Of a stretch of 64,000 nucleotides of DNA, positions 19,142-28,872 are shown piece by piece. Each line of letters begins with the position of its first letter. Position 1 is the first letter of the stretch. Made by a program: the position numbers and the translations under genes. The notes under the pieces were generated by a model, which saw only the letters and a program-made list of their open reading frames with translations, was not told where the DNA came from and made no database searches. Source of the DNA: a virus; the IMG/VR virus record IMGVR_UViG_3300047121_000347, positions 1 to 64,000 of that record; one strand, 5' to 3'.

Positions 19142-20188
19142 ATGGCCGGATTGTTTGAAGGCTCCGCCCCGGATCCCGTAGCTCTAACTAAGACCTCGGC
19201 CGCGAAAGCGCCGGAGTATCTCACCAATTACCTTACTTCGCTGTCACAGGCTGGTATGGGTGCGTTGGGCACAGTAACTCCCGGAACACCGGCCACTGAC
19301 ACGACTCCGGGCACCGCACCCACGGTCACTCCGTTTACTGGTCAGCAGTTGGTATCCGAGCTGCCTGATTTTTACAAGACCCTAATGACCCCCGCCGCAG
19401 GCGCAAACCTGCCAGGGCTGGCTAATCTGACCCGTTATCAAGACCCCATGACGCAAGCCTTAACGGCCGGAAAATCTGCAATGGAGGTCGGGGGTACAGA
19501 TATTTCAAAGTTCTATGACCCTTATCAAAAGCAAGTCATAGATGAAATGCAGAAGCAGTCTGACATCAACGTGCAGCGTAACGTGCTACCTGCGCTCAAA
19601 GCGTTGGGTGTGATGGGTGGTGCGGGAGGCTTTGGAAGCAGCCGCACTGGCGCGATAGGCGGCCAAGCACTGGCTGATATTGCATCTAATTTGCAGGCTC
19701 AGCAGACCGCTGCCCGTTCGAAAGGATTTCAAACCGCACTGGACGCTGCGCTCAAAGAACAAGGCCAGCAGGCCTCCGCCGCGAGCGCGTTGTCCGGCCT
19801 AGGTGCGCAGGAGCAAACCGCCGCCACTTCCGGAATAAAAACACTCGCTGACGTAGGCGCATCCAAGCTGGCTTATGATCAATCTCAACTTGAAGCACCG
19901 CTCAAACGAGCCTTAAATGTAGCTGAGATCATGCGCGGTTATACCTACCCAACCAGTTCGACCGAGACCGCAGAGACCTTACCCACCAATTTTAGTCCTT
20001 CGGTGCTTCAACAGATCGCCGGACTTGGCACATTGGTCGGGGCAGCGTTCCCGGCAGGTGGTCAAGGCGTGGGTAACAAAATTATCGGTGCTTTGGAAAA
20101 GATCTTTGGCGGAGTTAACAGTAGCGGGACTTACACCCCTTCGGAAGGTGACAACATGCTGAGCGACCTTGCAGATTTCGGCGGTTAA
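19142..20188 (+). CDS. putative DNA ejection/pilot protein
   Basis: Gln/Ala-rich helical protein; FYDPYQKQVID, GGFGSSR; position after tail genes. Confidence 0.5.
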   Translation: MAGLFEGSAPDPVALTKTSAAKAPEYLTNYLTSLSQAGMGALGTVTPGTPATDTTPGTAPTVTPFTGQQLVSELPDFYKTLMTPAAGANLPGLANLTRYQDPMTQALTAGKSAMEVGGTDISKFYDPYQKQVIDEMQKQSDINVQRNVLPALKALGVMGGAGGFGSSRTGAIGGQALADIASNLQAQQTAARSKGFQTALDAALKEQGQQASAASALSGLGAQEQTAATSGIKTLADVGASKLAYDQSQLEAPLKRALNVAEIMRGYTYPTSSTETAETLPTNFSPSVLQQIAGLGTLVGAAFPAGGQGVGNKIIGALEKIFGGVNSSGTYTPSEGDNMLSDLADFGG

Positions 20189-20190
20189 TC

Positions 20191-21801
20191 ATGACTACTT
20201 CCAAAGGTGCTTTGCAAGCCCCCTCGCTCTACGCTGAAACACCGACTGAAAAGAAAAGTTTAGAAGACTTTTTACGTATTCAGGAAGAACTCGAAACAGC
20301 GCTAACCAACCGGCAGCAGATGTTCGACCCGGTGCTGCTCGCGATGGCGCAGGGGTTTCTCGCCCCAACCAAGACGGGCAAATTCGGCGAGGCGCTCGGA
20401 AACGTAGCCGCGCAGGTCGCTCCCGCTCAGCAGGCCGAAGAAAAGCGCATTCTAGAAAACATCGCGATGCGTAAAGACCTCGCAGCGGCTAAGCTCGGCG
20501 CTCAGCAGGCTTCCCGCGATGAGGCTATGTTGCGCGGAATGCTCAAACCGCCCACGGCTGCCCCGGCGGCCGAAGGCGCGGCAACCCCCGCAGCCCCGGT
20601 TGAAGGAGCCCCTGCGGCCGAGCCGGTTGCGGGTGCGCCGTTAGCGCCCAGACCCGCTGAGGCTCAGGCGACCGCTGCTCCCGTACGAGGCCTTCAGGAA
20701 GGCTCTACGCTTGATCAACTCACTGGCCCTCAGCTGAGTGCGATGGCTATAAGTAACAACCCACGGGTTCAGGCGTTGGCGAAGTTTGTTTTAAACCTGC
20801 GCGAAGATGAGCGTAAAAACCTCATGGTAGTGGGTGGTAACCTTGTCGACGCTCGCACAAGAGAAGTGGTGTTCACGGGTGCGGAAGAGCAGAAACCTTA
20901 CAGCTTCCCCGGCATAGAAGGCCGGTTTCCAATGACACCTTCTGAGTACAAGAAAATTGTTGCTCAAGTGGGTAATTTGACCGGCGAAGCACAAGCGCAG
21001 AAGATCAAAGACATACTCAAAGGGCGGCAGACTCTGGAAGACCAAGAGGCTGCTAGCGAGCGGTCTAGAGAACGCGCTAAAGGTGACGTCAGACTTGAAG
21101 AGTCGATTCTCGCAGACGCTAAGGTTGCGCCCGATCTCATCCGCAGCGCTGATACGCTCATTCAGCTGGCTAGTAACCCGAACACTAAACGCACATTCGG
21201 CATTCTGGCTCAGTCGGGGTTCCTCGGTGCGTTGGGGCAGCTGGGTGAAAATACGCTGCGTGTCGGTTCTTACAACATCGGCATTCCCTCGATCGAGCAG
21301 GCCATCCGCACCGCCACCCGCACACCGGCTGAAATACGCGCCGCTGAGATAGCCTCCGCCGCTTCGACCACATTGGAGTTGAACTTCCGCCAGTTGTTCT
21401 ACAAAGGGCAGGGTAATGTTTCAAACATGGAGGCTGAGACGATTCGGCAACTGGGCGGGTCTGTAAAAGACACCCCAGAGGGTATAGTCGCCAAGGCGCA
21501 GCTGATCAAGCTGCGTTCTGAGTTTGACCGCAAGGCGGCCGACATCTTCCGCGCTGCGCAAAAACGTGGCGTCAGCGTACGTGACTTCAAAGACACCGAT
21601 GAGTATAAAACGGCGGTCAAGGAGTACGATGACGCTATTCAGACCGTTCGCGACTCGATTATGAACTTTCAACCTCCGGCCGGTGGGGCGCCTGCGGGTG
21701 GTCGTCCGGCACCGGCCGCTGCTCGACCCGCTGAACGCACAATGCCTGACGGTAGCGTTTGGGCGTTGCAGCCCGACGGGTCGTATCGTAAAAAGAAGTA
21801 A
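20191..21801 (+). CDS. putative internal virion/ejection protein
   Basis: 536 aa helical; GFLAPTKTGKFGE; G.VSN.E. Confidence 0.5.
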   Translation: MTTSKGALQAPSLYAETPTEKKSLEDFLRIQEELETALTNRQQMFDPVLLAMAQGFLAPTKTGKFGEALGNVAAQVAPAQQAEEKRILENIAMRKDLAAAKLGAQQASRDEAMLRGMLKPPTAAPAAEGAATPAAPVEGAPAAEPVAGAPLAPRPAEAQATAAPVRGLQEGSTLDQLTGPQLSAMAISNNPRVQALAKFVLNLREDERKNLMVVGGNLVDARTREVVFTGAEEQKPYSFPGIEGRFPMTPSEYKKIVAQVGNLTGEAQAQKIKDILKGRQTLEDQEAASERSRERAKGDVRLEESILADAKVAPDLIRSADTLIQLASNPNTKRTFGILAQSGFLGALGQLGENTLRVGSYNIGIPSIEQAIRTATRTPAEIRAAEIASAASTTLELNFRQLFYKGQGNVSNMEAETIRQLGGSVKDTPEGIVAKAQLIKLRSEFDRKAADIFRAAQKRGVSVRDFKDTDEYKTAVKEYDDAIQTVRDSIMNFQPPAGGAPAGGRPAPAAARPAERTMPDGSVWALQPDGSYRKKK

Positions 21802-21813
21802 GGAGCCCCATCG

Positions 21814-23154
21814 ATGAGTACGTTGGCTGAGTACAATAACAATCCGGGCAACTTACGCCCGCCGCAAGGGGTCAAATACGAAGGGCAAATAGGCGTTGAT
21901 GAGAACGGATTCGCTATCTTTGAAAATAAAGATTACGGACGCCGGGCACTCATCAACGACATCGAGATCAAGCTCAAGCGCGGTCTGAATAGTCCTGATA
22001 AATTTATCGATCGCTACGCCCCGCGTGGTAACGAGAACCCGCAGGAAGCCCAAGACAACTACAAGCTTTGGCTTGCGGGGTCGCTTGGTTTAGAAAGCAC
22101 TAATGATCCGTTCCCCAAAGACTCAGCCGAAAAGATAGCCGACGCCGTAGCGCAGTTTGAGAGCGGCACTTGGGGTAAACCCCCAGCGGCCGCACCCTCA
22201 ACGGAAGAAACCGGCAGCGGCCCGCCCACCGAGCAACAACGACGTGATAAACTCGTTGAAGAAGTTAAAGAGCTTCCCGGAAAAGTTGCTGAAGAATTTC
22301 CTACCGCCACTCGAGCTGCGTTTGACGTTGCGGGAATCAGCTTAGGCACGCAGGCGGGCAGGGAACTTGAAGCCGCCAGGCAACGTGCCGCCCAAGCCTC
22401 AGCTGACCTGCTACGGGGTTCGGCCCAGCCCGCCGCCCCAGCGACCGCCGCTCCTCCGCCGCCTATACCTACCGACCCCATGCACACCCGGCAGATGCAA
22501 GGCACTACGGAAGCAGGGACCACCGGCCGCGCCAGGCAGCAGACCTATAACGTCGGAACCTCTCAGCAGTCCGCCGCCGCTAAGCAGCAGGCCGAAGTCA
22601 TCGAACAGCTCAAACGCCAAGGTGTCGTGTCGGGCGACGCAAAGTCCCTGCTCGCAAAAGCACCCGGCCTGACCTCGACACCTTCAGGGGTGCTGTTGCC
22701 TTCAAGCCAGGTTTACGCTGATGTTCCGCCTACGCAGGGTACAACCTCCACGCCCCCGCCACCCCAGCAACGCCCTTCACCGTTGTCACGCGGTGCGCAG
22801 GCGCTCTCACGCGGAGTAAATATTGGGTACAGAGCGTTTCCCGGAGCAGCTGGTGCGCTAGCAGGCTTAGGAACCGCCGAGCTCGGGCAGCAGGCGTACA
22901 GCCGATTCTCAGAAGGTGACGTTCTGGGCGGCATTCTCGCGAGCGTTGGGGCCGGGAGCTCAGCGTTTTCGTTGTTTCCGTTTCCAGTAACCCGTGTGCC
23001 TTCGACGCTGTTAGCGGTTGCGTCGCCGTTGGCGCTGTTAGCTTACGATAAAATGAAAGAACGCGCAGTTTCTCAAGCCCAAGGGTATGGTGCGCTAGCC
23101 GCCGGGCGGCAACTCCCCGCACCGTCAATATACTCCGGCTTTACCAGTCCCTAA
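21814..23154 (+). CDS. virion protein with N-terminal NNPGN (lysozyme-like) domain
   Basis: YNNNPGNLR...GFAIF...G.RAL...FIDRYAP..NEN; last gene of the late arm. Confidence 0.6.
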   Translation: MSTLAEYNNNPGNLRPPQGVKYEGQIGVDENGFAIFENKDYGRRALINDIEIKLKRGLNSPDKFIDRYAPRGNENPQEAQDNYKLWLAGSLGLESTNDPFPKDSAEKIADAVAQFESGTWGKPPAAAPSTEETGSGPPTEQQRRDKLVEEVKELPGKVAEEFPTATRAAFDVAGISLGTQAGRELEAARQRAAQASADLLRGSAQPAAPATAAPPPPIPTDPMHTRQMQGTTEAGTTGRARQQTYNVGTSQQSAAAKQQAEVIEQLKRQGVVSGDAKSLLAKAPGLTSTPSGVLLPSSQVYADVPPTQGTTSTPPPPQQRPSPLSRGAQALSRGVNIGYRAFPGAAGALAGLGTAELGQQAYSRFSEGDVLGGILASVGAGSSAFSLFPFPVTRVPSTLLAVASPLALLAYDKMKERAVSQAQGYGALAAGRQLPAPSIYSGFTSP

Positions 23155-23197
23155 ACGCGGGGACTCCTCGTCGCCCTTACGTCCATGGGGGCGGCTT

Positions 23198-23234
23198 CCC
23201 CCGAACTGTTTCAGGTTCGGGGGTTTTTCTTTTT
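23198..23234 (+). terminator. rho-independent terminator ending the late arm
   Basis: CCCCCGAAC-TGTTTCAG-GTTCGGGGG followed by TTTTTCTTTTT at the convergent junction. Confidence 0.85.
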
Positions 23235-23709
23235 ATTTGAACTGCTTCTCATAGAGCCACCGCGCCATGAGGAGCGCCTCGGCTCGGTCGGCGTACTTCT
23301 TAAGGTTGAGCGGCGCTTCGGGGTAGAGCCTGATTGCAAACGCTCGGCAGAGCTCTTTGTCAGAGCTCAGCCCGAAGTGCTTCTTCCAAGTCACGGGGGT
23401 TGTGTGCGTGAGGTCTAGGCGAACGGCGGCAACCGCTGCCCGAGCCACACCGAACGAGTCCCCCAGGCTGAAAACCGAACTCACCCCCTGGCCGGGCATA
23501 GCGTTTACGCGCTCAAGTGCAACCGCCACGTGATCGTCTGGCGCGGCGTACCGCCTGAGCATAGCGAGAAGCCCCGCTGCGTCAACTTCGCTCTTAACGC
23601 TGCCCGAACCCTTAGCGACGGTGGGCATGTCCTCTACGGCGACGAATCGTCCGTCTCTGAGCACCCCCACCGCCCCGCTCAAGCCGGGATCAATACCGAT
23701 AGTGATCAT
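23233..23709 (-). CDS. RuvC-like Holliday junction resolvase
   Basis: IGIDPG.SGA, VALE, P.TWKK, DRAEALL; ATG 23709 overlaps the upstream stop. Confidence 0.85.
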   Translation of the reverse strand: MITIGIDPGLSGAVGVLRDGRFVAVEDMPTVAKGSGSVKSEVDAAGLLAMLRRYAAPDDHVAVALERVNAMPGQGVSSVFSLGDSFGVARAAVAAVRLDLTHTTPVTWKKHFGLSSDKELCRAFAIRLYPEAPLNLKKYADRAEALLMARWLYEKQFK

Positions 23710-24542
23710 AACGCCTCGTAGTGTTCGCACCCGGCCCGCTGCTCGTCGAGGGTGAGGGTGTGATTGTTAAGTTCGCACACCCAGCGGCCTTCCGGCCCTG
23801 GGGTGCACATACGGCACGTGCGGCAGTGGCGCAAAGGCTCAACCTCACGAGTGCATACGGCCCGCATGCTGCAGAACCTGCAACCGAAGCTCGTGCCGTC
23901 ATCGCTGATTCCGGCCGGGCGTAGTCGAGCCTCCGTGAGTTTGATGATTCGCGCTTTTAGCCGGCCCTGCTCGGCGGGGTCTTCCCGAATACGCTCGACG
24001 TAGAACTGCTCGTCGTCTTTGCAGACCGCCACATACAGCGCCCGCGTAAACCCGCCGAGCGCCATACTGATCTGAACCTGAGCGTAATGAGAAGGTTTTG
24101 AGCCGGCTACGCCTTTCTTCAACAGCGAACTGAAGCTGTTTTTGTTGTGCGTCTTCACCTCGAGCAGGTGCGGTTTATCGCTCTCAGGGACGTCCCTGAC
24201 CACACCGTCCACTTTCGTAATGAAGTGTCCGGTGGGGTCGCCGAACTCATACTGACGTCCGTCGGGTTGTTTGTCCCAGACCGCGAACCCCGCACGGCGC
24301 AAATCCGCTACGATTCGCGCCTCCTGAAGGTGCCCCGTCTCAAAAAGGCGATGAAGGCGTCCGTCAAACTGCTCACGGGCGAAACCTCGCCAGTTGAGCC
24401 ACACCTGACGAACGCACTCCTCGCCTATCCCCGACGAGCCAAGCCGCCCCAAGTACAGTTCAGAGTCTGCTTTCTCTTTTTGAATAGCGTCATAGATACG
24501 GCTAATGACTTGCTGCTCGGGTTTGGGCGGAATGGCTACCAC
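23706..24542 (-). CDS. Cas4-like PD-(D/E)XK exonuclease
   Basis: C.RQ.W, GH..E, DG...LLEVKT, Q.Q, CRFC.....C and CRTC cysteines. Confidence 0.8.
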   Translation of the reverse strand: MVAIPPKPEQQVISRIYDAIQKEKADSELYLGRLGSSGIGEECVRQVWLNWRGFAREQFDGRLHRLFETGHLQEARIVADLRRAGFAVWDKQPDGRQYEFGDPTGHFITKVDGVVRDVPESDKPHLLEVKTHNKNSFSSLLKKGVAGSKPSHYAQVQISMALGGFTRALYVAVCKDDEQFYVERIREDPAEQGRLKARIIKLTEARLRPAGISDDGTSFGCRFCSMRAVCTREVEPLRHCRTCRMCTPGPEGRWVCELNNHTLTLDEQRAGCEHYEAL

Positions 24543-24547
24543 GGCGC

Positions 24548-25051
24548 TCAGTCCCAGGGGTTCGCTGAAGCCGCCGGTGCCCGACTCGGCGCGGAGGCTT
24601 TCGGGGCGGCGGCCTTGGGCGCAGCGGTCTTGGGGGCTGCGGCGGGGGCTTCATCGCTGAACAAGAACGCTTTGATCTTGTTGCTCGCTTTGTAGCCGTT
24701 GCTAGCGGGCTCGATCGAAACCGCTGCCCGGAACGGTTTTTCTAGCAGCTTGTCGGTGTCGTCGGCTTCGGGCTTACCGCACGCCGTGGCCCAGGCGACG
24801 AGCTGCTGACGGCCGATGCGCTGCGCCTTCTCGCTCGGGTTGTTGATGTTGAAGTTCTGCCACAAGAGGCGGCCGGCGTGTTCACCCTTGACGACTTCAA
24901 ACTTCGCCTTGATGTACGAGCCGGTTCCGGCGCTGGTGGACTTCTCCTCGGCGTCGAGCGCTTTCAAAATGTACTCACCCTCGGGAATAGGGTCATACTC
25001 GGCGGGGGCGGAAACATCAACTTCTGAACTATCAAATCCAAACTTTGCCAT
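24548..25051 (-). CDS. DUF669-type single-stranded DNA-binding protein
   Basis: YDPIPEGEY, G.YIK..FEV..GEH.GR.LW, low-complexity tail ending PWD. Confidence 0.75.
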   Translation of the reverse strand: MAKFGFDSSEVDVSAPAEYDPIPEGEYILKALDAEEKSTSAGTGSYIKAKFEVVKGEHAGRLLWQNFNINNPSEKAQRIGRQQLVAWATACGKPEADDTDKLLEKPFRAAVSIEPASNGYKASNKIKAFLFSDEAPAAAPKTAAPKAAAPKASAPSRAPAASANPWD

Positions 25052-25069
25052 GATAAGGAGCTCCTTTAA

Positions 25070-25834
25070 TTAAGCGGCAATGGGGATGAGTTTTTCGAGA
25101 TTCTCAATCTTCATCTCAATCTCTTCGGGGCAACCGTAACGGTTCTTTGCGGCGTAGGCGGGGTTCTCAACAAAGTGCAGCAGTCGCTCGCCGGTCGTCA
25201 CGCCTCGGGTCTTTTGATTGTTGAACCCGGTGTCAGACTTGCGGATGATGACTTTGAACGCCGCGAACGCTATGACGTCTGCCCACTCCTGAAGCAGCGC
25301 GTTGCAGCGGTTGGGCAGTTTGGGCTGATAACGGTCATACGGCTCGGTGCGGGGGTCTTCGAATTTCACGACCGCCGCATGCGCAATCAACACCACGTTC
25401 ATCCCGCGCTTGAGCCGTAGCACGTCCAACCCCTGCAGGATCTCACGAAACTCCTCCGCTACAAGCATCTGCCCCTTGCCGTAGGCGAGGTCTTTAGCCT
25501 CATGCGAGGACTCCACATTGCTCACGATGAGCGGCTCGATCAGCCAGTCAACCGAATCAACAACCACAGTTTTGAACTGATGGTCTTCTTTGATGAGCGT
25601 CTTAATGCTGTCGACCACGTCGCTGATTTTCATCGCTCGGGGAAAGCTCGTCACGTCTAGCGAGTCGAGACCGTCCTCGGTGCTGATAAAAATCGGACTC
25701 GGGAACTGGCTAGCGAGTGTCGACTTACCTATCCCGTGACCGCCGTAGATGACAAAACGCGGGGGAACGGCTTGCTTACCCCGGCGCAGCGTATCCTGCC
25801 AGCTGCTAGGGGTGGGTTGCTTCTCTTTTGACAT
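25070..25834 (-). CDS. AAA_24 / Sak4-like ATPase (recombinase)
   Basis: YGGHGIGKST, TEDG, VVDSVDW, LIAH, AKNR; ATG 25834 after AGGAG. Confidence 0.85.
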   Translation of the reverse strand: MSKEKQPTPSSWQDTLRRGKQAVPPRFVIYGGHGIGKSTLASQFPSPIFISTEDGLDSLDVTSFPRAMKISDVVDSIKTLIKEDHQFKTVVVDSVDWLIEPLIVSNVESSHEAKDLAYGKGQMLVAEEFREILQGLDVLRLKRGMNVVLIAHAAVVKFEDPRTEPYDRYQPKLPNRCNALLQEWADVIAFAAFKVIIRKSDTGFNNQKTRGVTTGERLLHFVENPAYAAKNRYGCPEEIEMKIENLEKLIPIAA

Positions 25835-25862
25835 TTTGTTTCTCCTTTCTGAGTAGAGGCGG

Positions 25863-26234
25863 TTAGTCGTCCGCCGTTGGGAAATCGTCGTGGTCCTCGG
25901 CACCCTGCCCAAAGTCCCACTGATGTGTGATGTACTGGAACAGTTCGCGGTCCCAGCTCAAGAGGTTCAGCTTGTAGTCCTGCTCGGTGGCCAGCGCGGC
26001 ACATATGGCGCACAGCGACGGATCCCCAACCATCAGCAGGTAGTCCCCCGGCTCCCATTCGCTCAGCACTCGCCGGGCCTTGGCGATCATCATGCGAGTG
26101 TTGTACGGTTTTCGAGGCCGGCTGAACACTGCCCGCAGCTGACCGAAGCGCCGGGCGTCGCTGAGGTCTTTGCTGTTATCAACCTGCACGACGAATACGG
26201 TGCGGGTGTTACCGGGTTGTTGTGATGTTGTCAT
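25863..26234 (-). CDS. conserved phage hypothetical protein
   Basis: DLSDARRFG...DYLLMVGDP...LLSWDR; ATG 26234. Confidence 0.6.
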   Translation of the reverse strand: MTTSQQPGNTRTVFVVQVDNSKDLSDARRFGQLRAVFSRPRKPYNTRMMIAKARRVLSEWEPGDYLLMVGDPSLCAICAALATEQDYKLNLLSWDRELFQYITHQWDFGQGAEDHDDFPTADD

Positions 26235-28059
26235 TTTTGCGTTTCCTAGGTTGTTTAGGCGGCGGAGCGATGAGCGCGAGCTCTTCGGGAGTGAGATAGC
26301 TTTCGCAACCCACCGCCACTGCGATCTTGAGAGCTTCCTTTTGATACCACGTGTAGTCGAGATCAGCCGGGTGTTTAACAAAGTCCTCAACGGTCATGCA
26401 GGCTCGAGCACCGTCGGTCTTAGGCACTTTATTATTGTTCTTGAGGTAACGTATCGGCTCGAGCGCCGGGTCGTTTGATTGATACCACCGCACCACGCGA
26501 CCCAGGTACTGCCCCGCCTGAGCGCCGCCACCCGTGACGTTACGCGCTGAGATGAAATCGCGAAACGGCGCAGCGTATATTGTGTCGAGCAGCGGGGTGC
26601 CTCGGGCTAACCACTGCCCCACGGCATCGGCGCAGACCTGCGCGGTGGGGTTTTTCTTGAGCGACAACGGCGCGTAAATGCCTTTAACTTTTAGCGAGCG
26701 ATCAGGTTTGACGGCGATGTAATTGTTGACGTCCTTTAGCGCAAGAACGCGGTACGGCGTAAACTCGAACACAAACCGCGAAACCTCGCTAAAGCGACCA
26801 ATGACTTTCTGAATCGTAGTCTCAAGCGACGCGTGATACCGAATAGCGATTCCGTCGGTGTTGGCTGAGAGCGTTACAGCCCCCGCGAGTTCCAACCACT
26901 CGATGAGCATCAGCAACGTAAACTGACCCGTAAGGGTAACGGCCAACATCAGGTCCGGCGAGTACAACACCGAGTATCGGCTAGCGAGTTTGCCGAACGT
27001 GCCGTTTAGGGAAATCTTGAGCGTCTCGCCCGTGGTCTTATCACCAGAACGCTTTGCTTCTAGCCGCCGTTCGTAGATTTTACGATACTCGCGGACGAAG
27101 TCCTCACCCAGTCCGGCAGGCACGAAACCGCACTCTAGAATGATACTGGGGTAGAAGCTAGCGGCGTCAATATCACAGATGACGTCGGCCCCCGCAACGT
27201 GACAAACTTTTCGGTCATGAACACTGTGTATGCCCCCCACGCCGAGTTGATACTCCCCGTGGCCGAACGGGATAGTGGCGTGCCCTAGGAACTCAGGCAG
27301 CACAACGTGCCCGGTGCTGGGGTTCATCTCGAACGTGTGCGCCGCGACGCGCTCCAAAAGCTGTTGAAGCGCCAGGTCACGGAAGCTTAAGAATTTAGGC
27401 GGAACGTAGCGCACGCTCTTCGGCACTTCGTTTTCCCGGCGCTTCAGCCCCATGCTAGTGATGTACGCCTGCTCGGCCATCTGCGAATCGGACTTACTGC
27501 GCATATCAACGCCGTAACGCCGGCTCATCTCGACGCGCAGCAGGACTTCTTTCTCAAGGTGCCGTAACAGCTCCGCCGTTGTCTCGACGTCATTGTGGCA
27601 ATACTCAAGAAGGGTCGCCTCCTGCTCGGGACGTATCAGTTCAGCGTGATGAATTGGAAGGTCTTGAAGTCGCGGCATATGCATCCGCGCTCCGTAGGCC
27701 TTTAGGCTCACGAACGACGGCGCAACCTCAATCAGGTCAATCCAGTCGAATCGAACCTCGGGCAACATGAACTTACGCATCGCGGCCCAAGGCGCAAGGC
27801 GGTTGTTGATGACGTCGTCGGCGATGCGTTTGATTTCGGCCTCTGTGCGGGCGCTGCAAAACGCCGCCACAATGACGTTGTCGAACTCCCGCGAGTTGAA
27901 CCCTACAAAAGTCGCCCCCGAGCTCAAGAACGCCTTGAGCTTGGCGGGGCTGTCGGGCTGGTGCCGCCACAAGTCAAACCACTCGCCGGTGTCTGGGTTT
28001 TTGGCACAGAACAACGTGCGGTTGCGGTAAGTTTCGGTATCAAACACCCAGGTGCTCAT
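26209..28059 (-). CDS. family B DNA polymerase with 3'-5' exonuclease
   Basis: Exo motifs FDTETY, GFNSREFD, YCHND; polymerase motifs DAASFYPS, KISLNGTFG, NTDG. Confidence 0.9.
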   Translation of the reverse strand: MSTWVFDTETYRNRTLFCAKNPDTGEWFDLWRHQPDSPAKLKAFLSSGATFVGFNSREFDNVIVAAFCSARTEAEIKRIADDVINNRLAPWAAMRKFMLPEVRFDWIDLIEVAPSFVSLKAYGARMHMPRLQDLPIHHAELIRPEQEATLLEYCHNDVETTAELLRHLEKEVLLRVEMSRRYGVDMRSKSDSQMAEQAYITSMGLKRRENEVPKSVRYVPPKFLSFRDLALQQLLERVAAHTFEMNPSTGHVVLPEFLGHATIPFGHGEYQLGVGGIHSVHDRKVCHVAGADVICDIDAASFYPSIILECGFVPAGLGEDFVREYRKIYERRLEAKRSGDKTTGETLKISLNGTFGKLASRYSVLYSPDLMLAVTLTGQFTLLMLIEWLELAGAVTLSANTDGIAIRYHASLETTIQKVIGRFSEVSRFVFEFTPYRVLALKDVNNYIAVKPDRSLKVKGIYAPLSLKKNPTAQVCADAVGQWLARGTPLLDTIYAAPFRDFISARNVTGGGAQAGQYLGRVVRWYQSNDPALEPIRYLKNNNKVPKTDGARACMTVEDFVKHPADLDYTWYQKEALKIAVAVGCESYLTPEELALIAPPPKQPRKRKNDNITTTR

Positions 28060-28316
28060 CGATCTTGATTTGTGTAACCTGCGGTGGGTTCAGAGCCGTC
28101 AGTAAAGGCAACGCTCTCGAGTTCGATGAGCTTCTCAAGGAAGTGCTGAGCTTTCTGCAAGTCCTGCAAGCCGTTCTTTTCGTGATAACGCTCGACGTAC
28201 TTAGTGATGCAACCGATGAAGTAACCGCGACCGTAAAGCCGCCACTGGCGGTCCCAATGTTCTTCGCCGCCTTTTTTGTAGTGATTTCCGCCGACTTGTT
28301 TTTCGTTAGCCTTCAT
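28056..28316 (-). CDS. DUF3310 (SaV / T7 gp1.7-like) protein
   Basis: QVGGNHY...G.ITKYV.RY.EKNGLQDLQKAQHFL; ATG 28316. Confidence 0.8.
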   Translation of the reverse strand: MKANEKQVGGNHYKKGGEEHWDRQWRLYGRGYFIGCITKYVERYHEKNGLQDLQKAQHFLEKLIELESVAFTDGSEPTAGYTNQDR

Positions 28317-28800
28317 AACGCAACCCCTTGATGATGTTGAAAAGATCGAGCTCCCGGCCTGACAGAATAAGCTCATGCGCGTAAGCCACGTAACGGTCAT
28401 GCACCTCGAGCATGCGCCGGTTGCCGAGCTGCACCTCACGTAGGCAAAATACCGCCCCGTGGGCTATGTCGGCGAGTTTGAGCGTGCGTTGGTCGCAGGC
28501 GTTGAGTTCGGGGTACATGATGCCCGCGTCAAGCATCAACCGGCGCTCAAGCTCATCAACCTGATCGCCGATGCCGTATTCGCGTTTCGCGGGCGAGGGG
28601 ATATCGCCCGTGTACTGCTCGGCGAGGTCATGAAACAGCGCAGCCAAAATCAACTGCCGACTGGCGTCCGGGTTTAGCAGCAGCGCAAAACACGCTACAC
28701 CGTGCGAATGATGACCCACGGTTTCATTTTGAAGGGTTGTGAGGGTGTGAAAGCGTTTGACTTCGCTTCCGTTGATGATGAACTGAAGGGTTTTTCTCAT
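28306..28800 (-). CDS. HD-domain nucleotide phosphohydrolase (YfbR-like)
   Basis: KRFH, ETVGHHS, LFHDLAE..TGDIPSPAK, KLAD. Confidence 0.85.
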   Translation of the reverse strand: MRKTLQFIINGSEVKRFHTLTTLQNETVGHHSHGVACFALLLNPDASRQLILAALFHDLAEQYTGDIPSPAKREYGIGDQVDELERRLMLDAGIMYPELNACDQRTLKLADIAHGAVFCLREVQLGNRRMLEVHDRYVAYAHELILSGRELDLFNIIKGLRYEG

Positions 28801-28842
28801 ATCGAAGTTCTCAAGTTAAAAGTTATAAAGCTAGAACGGTTA

Positions 28843-28870
28843 AGTATAGGTCGCATTTTTCGAAACGCAA
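28843..28870 (-). promoter_or_regulatory. putative sigma70 promoter
   Basis: TTGCGT-16 bp-TATACT on the minus strand, upstream of the HD gene. Confidence 0.45.
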
Positions 28871-28872
28871 AA

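Noticed and set aside
23706-24542. CRISPR-Cas system (Cas4-like gene)
   Set aside because: No other cas genes or array; context is a Sak4/SSB/RuvC recombination module
28306-28800. DatZ / 2-aminoadenine (Z) genome
   Set aside because: No PurZ homologue in the window; neighbours point to thymidine modification
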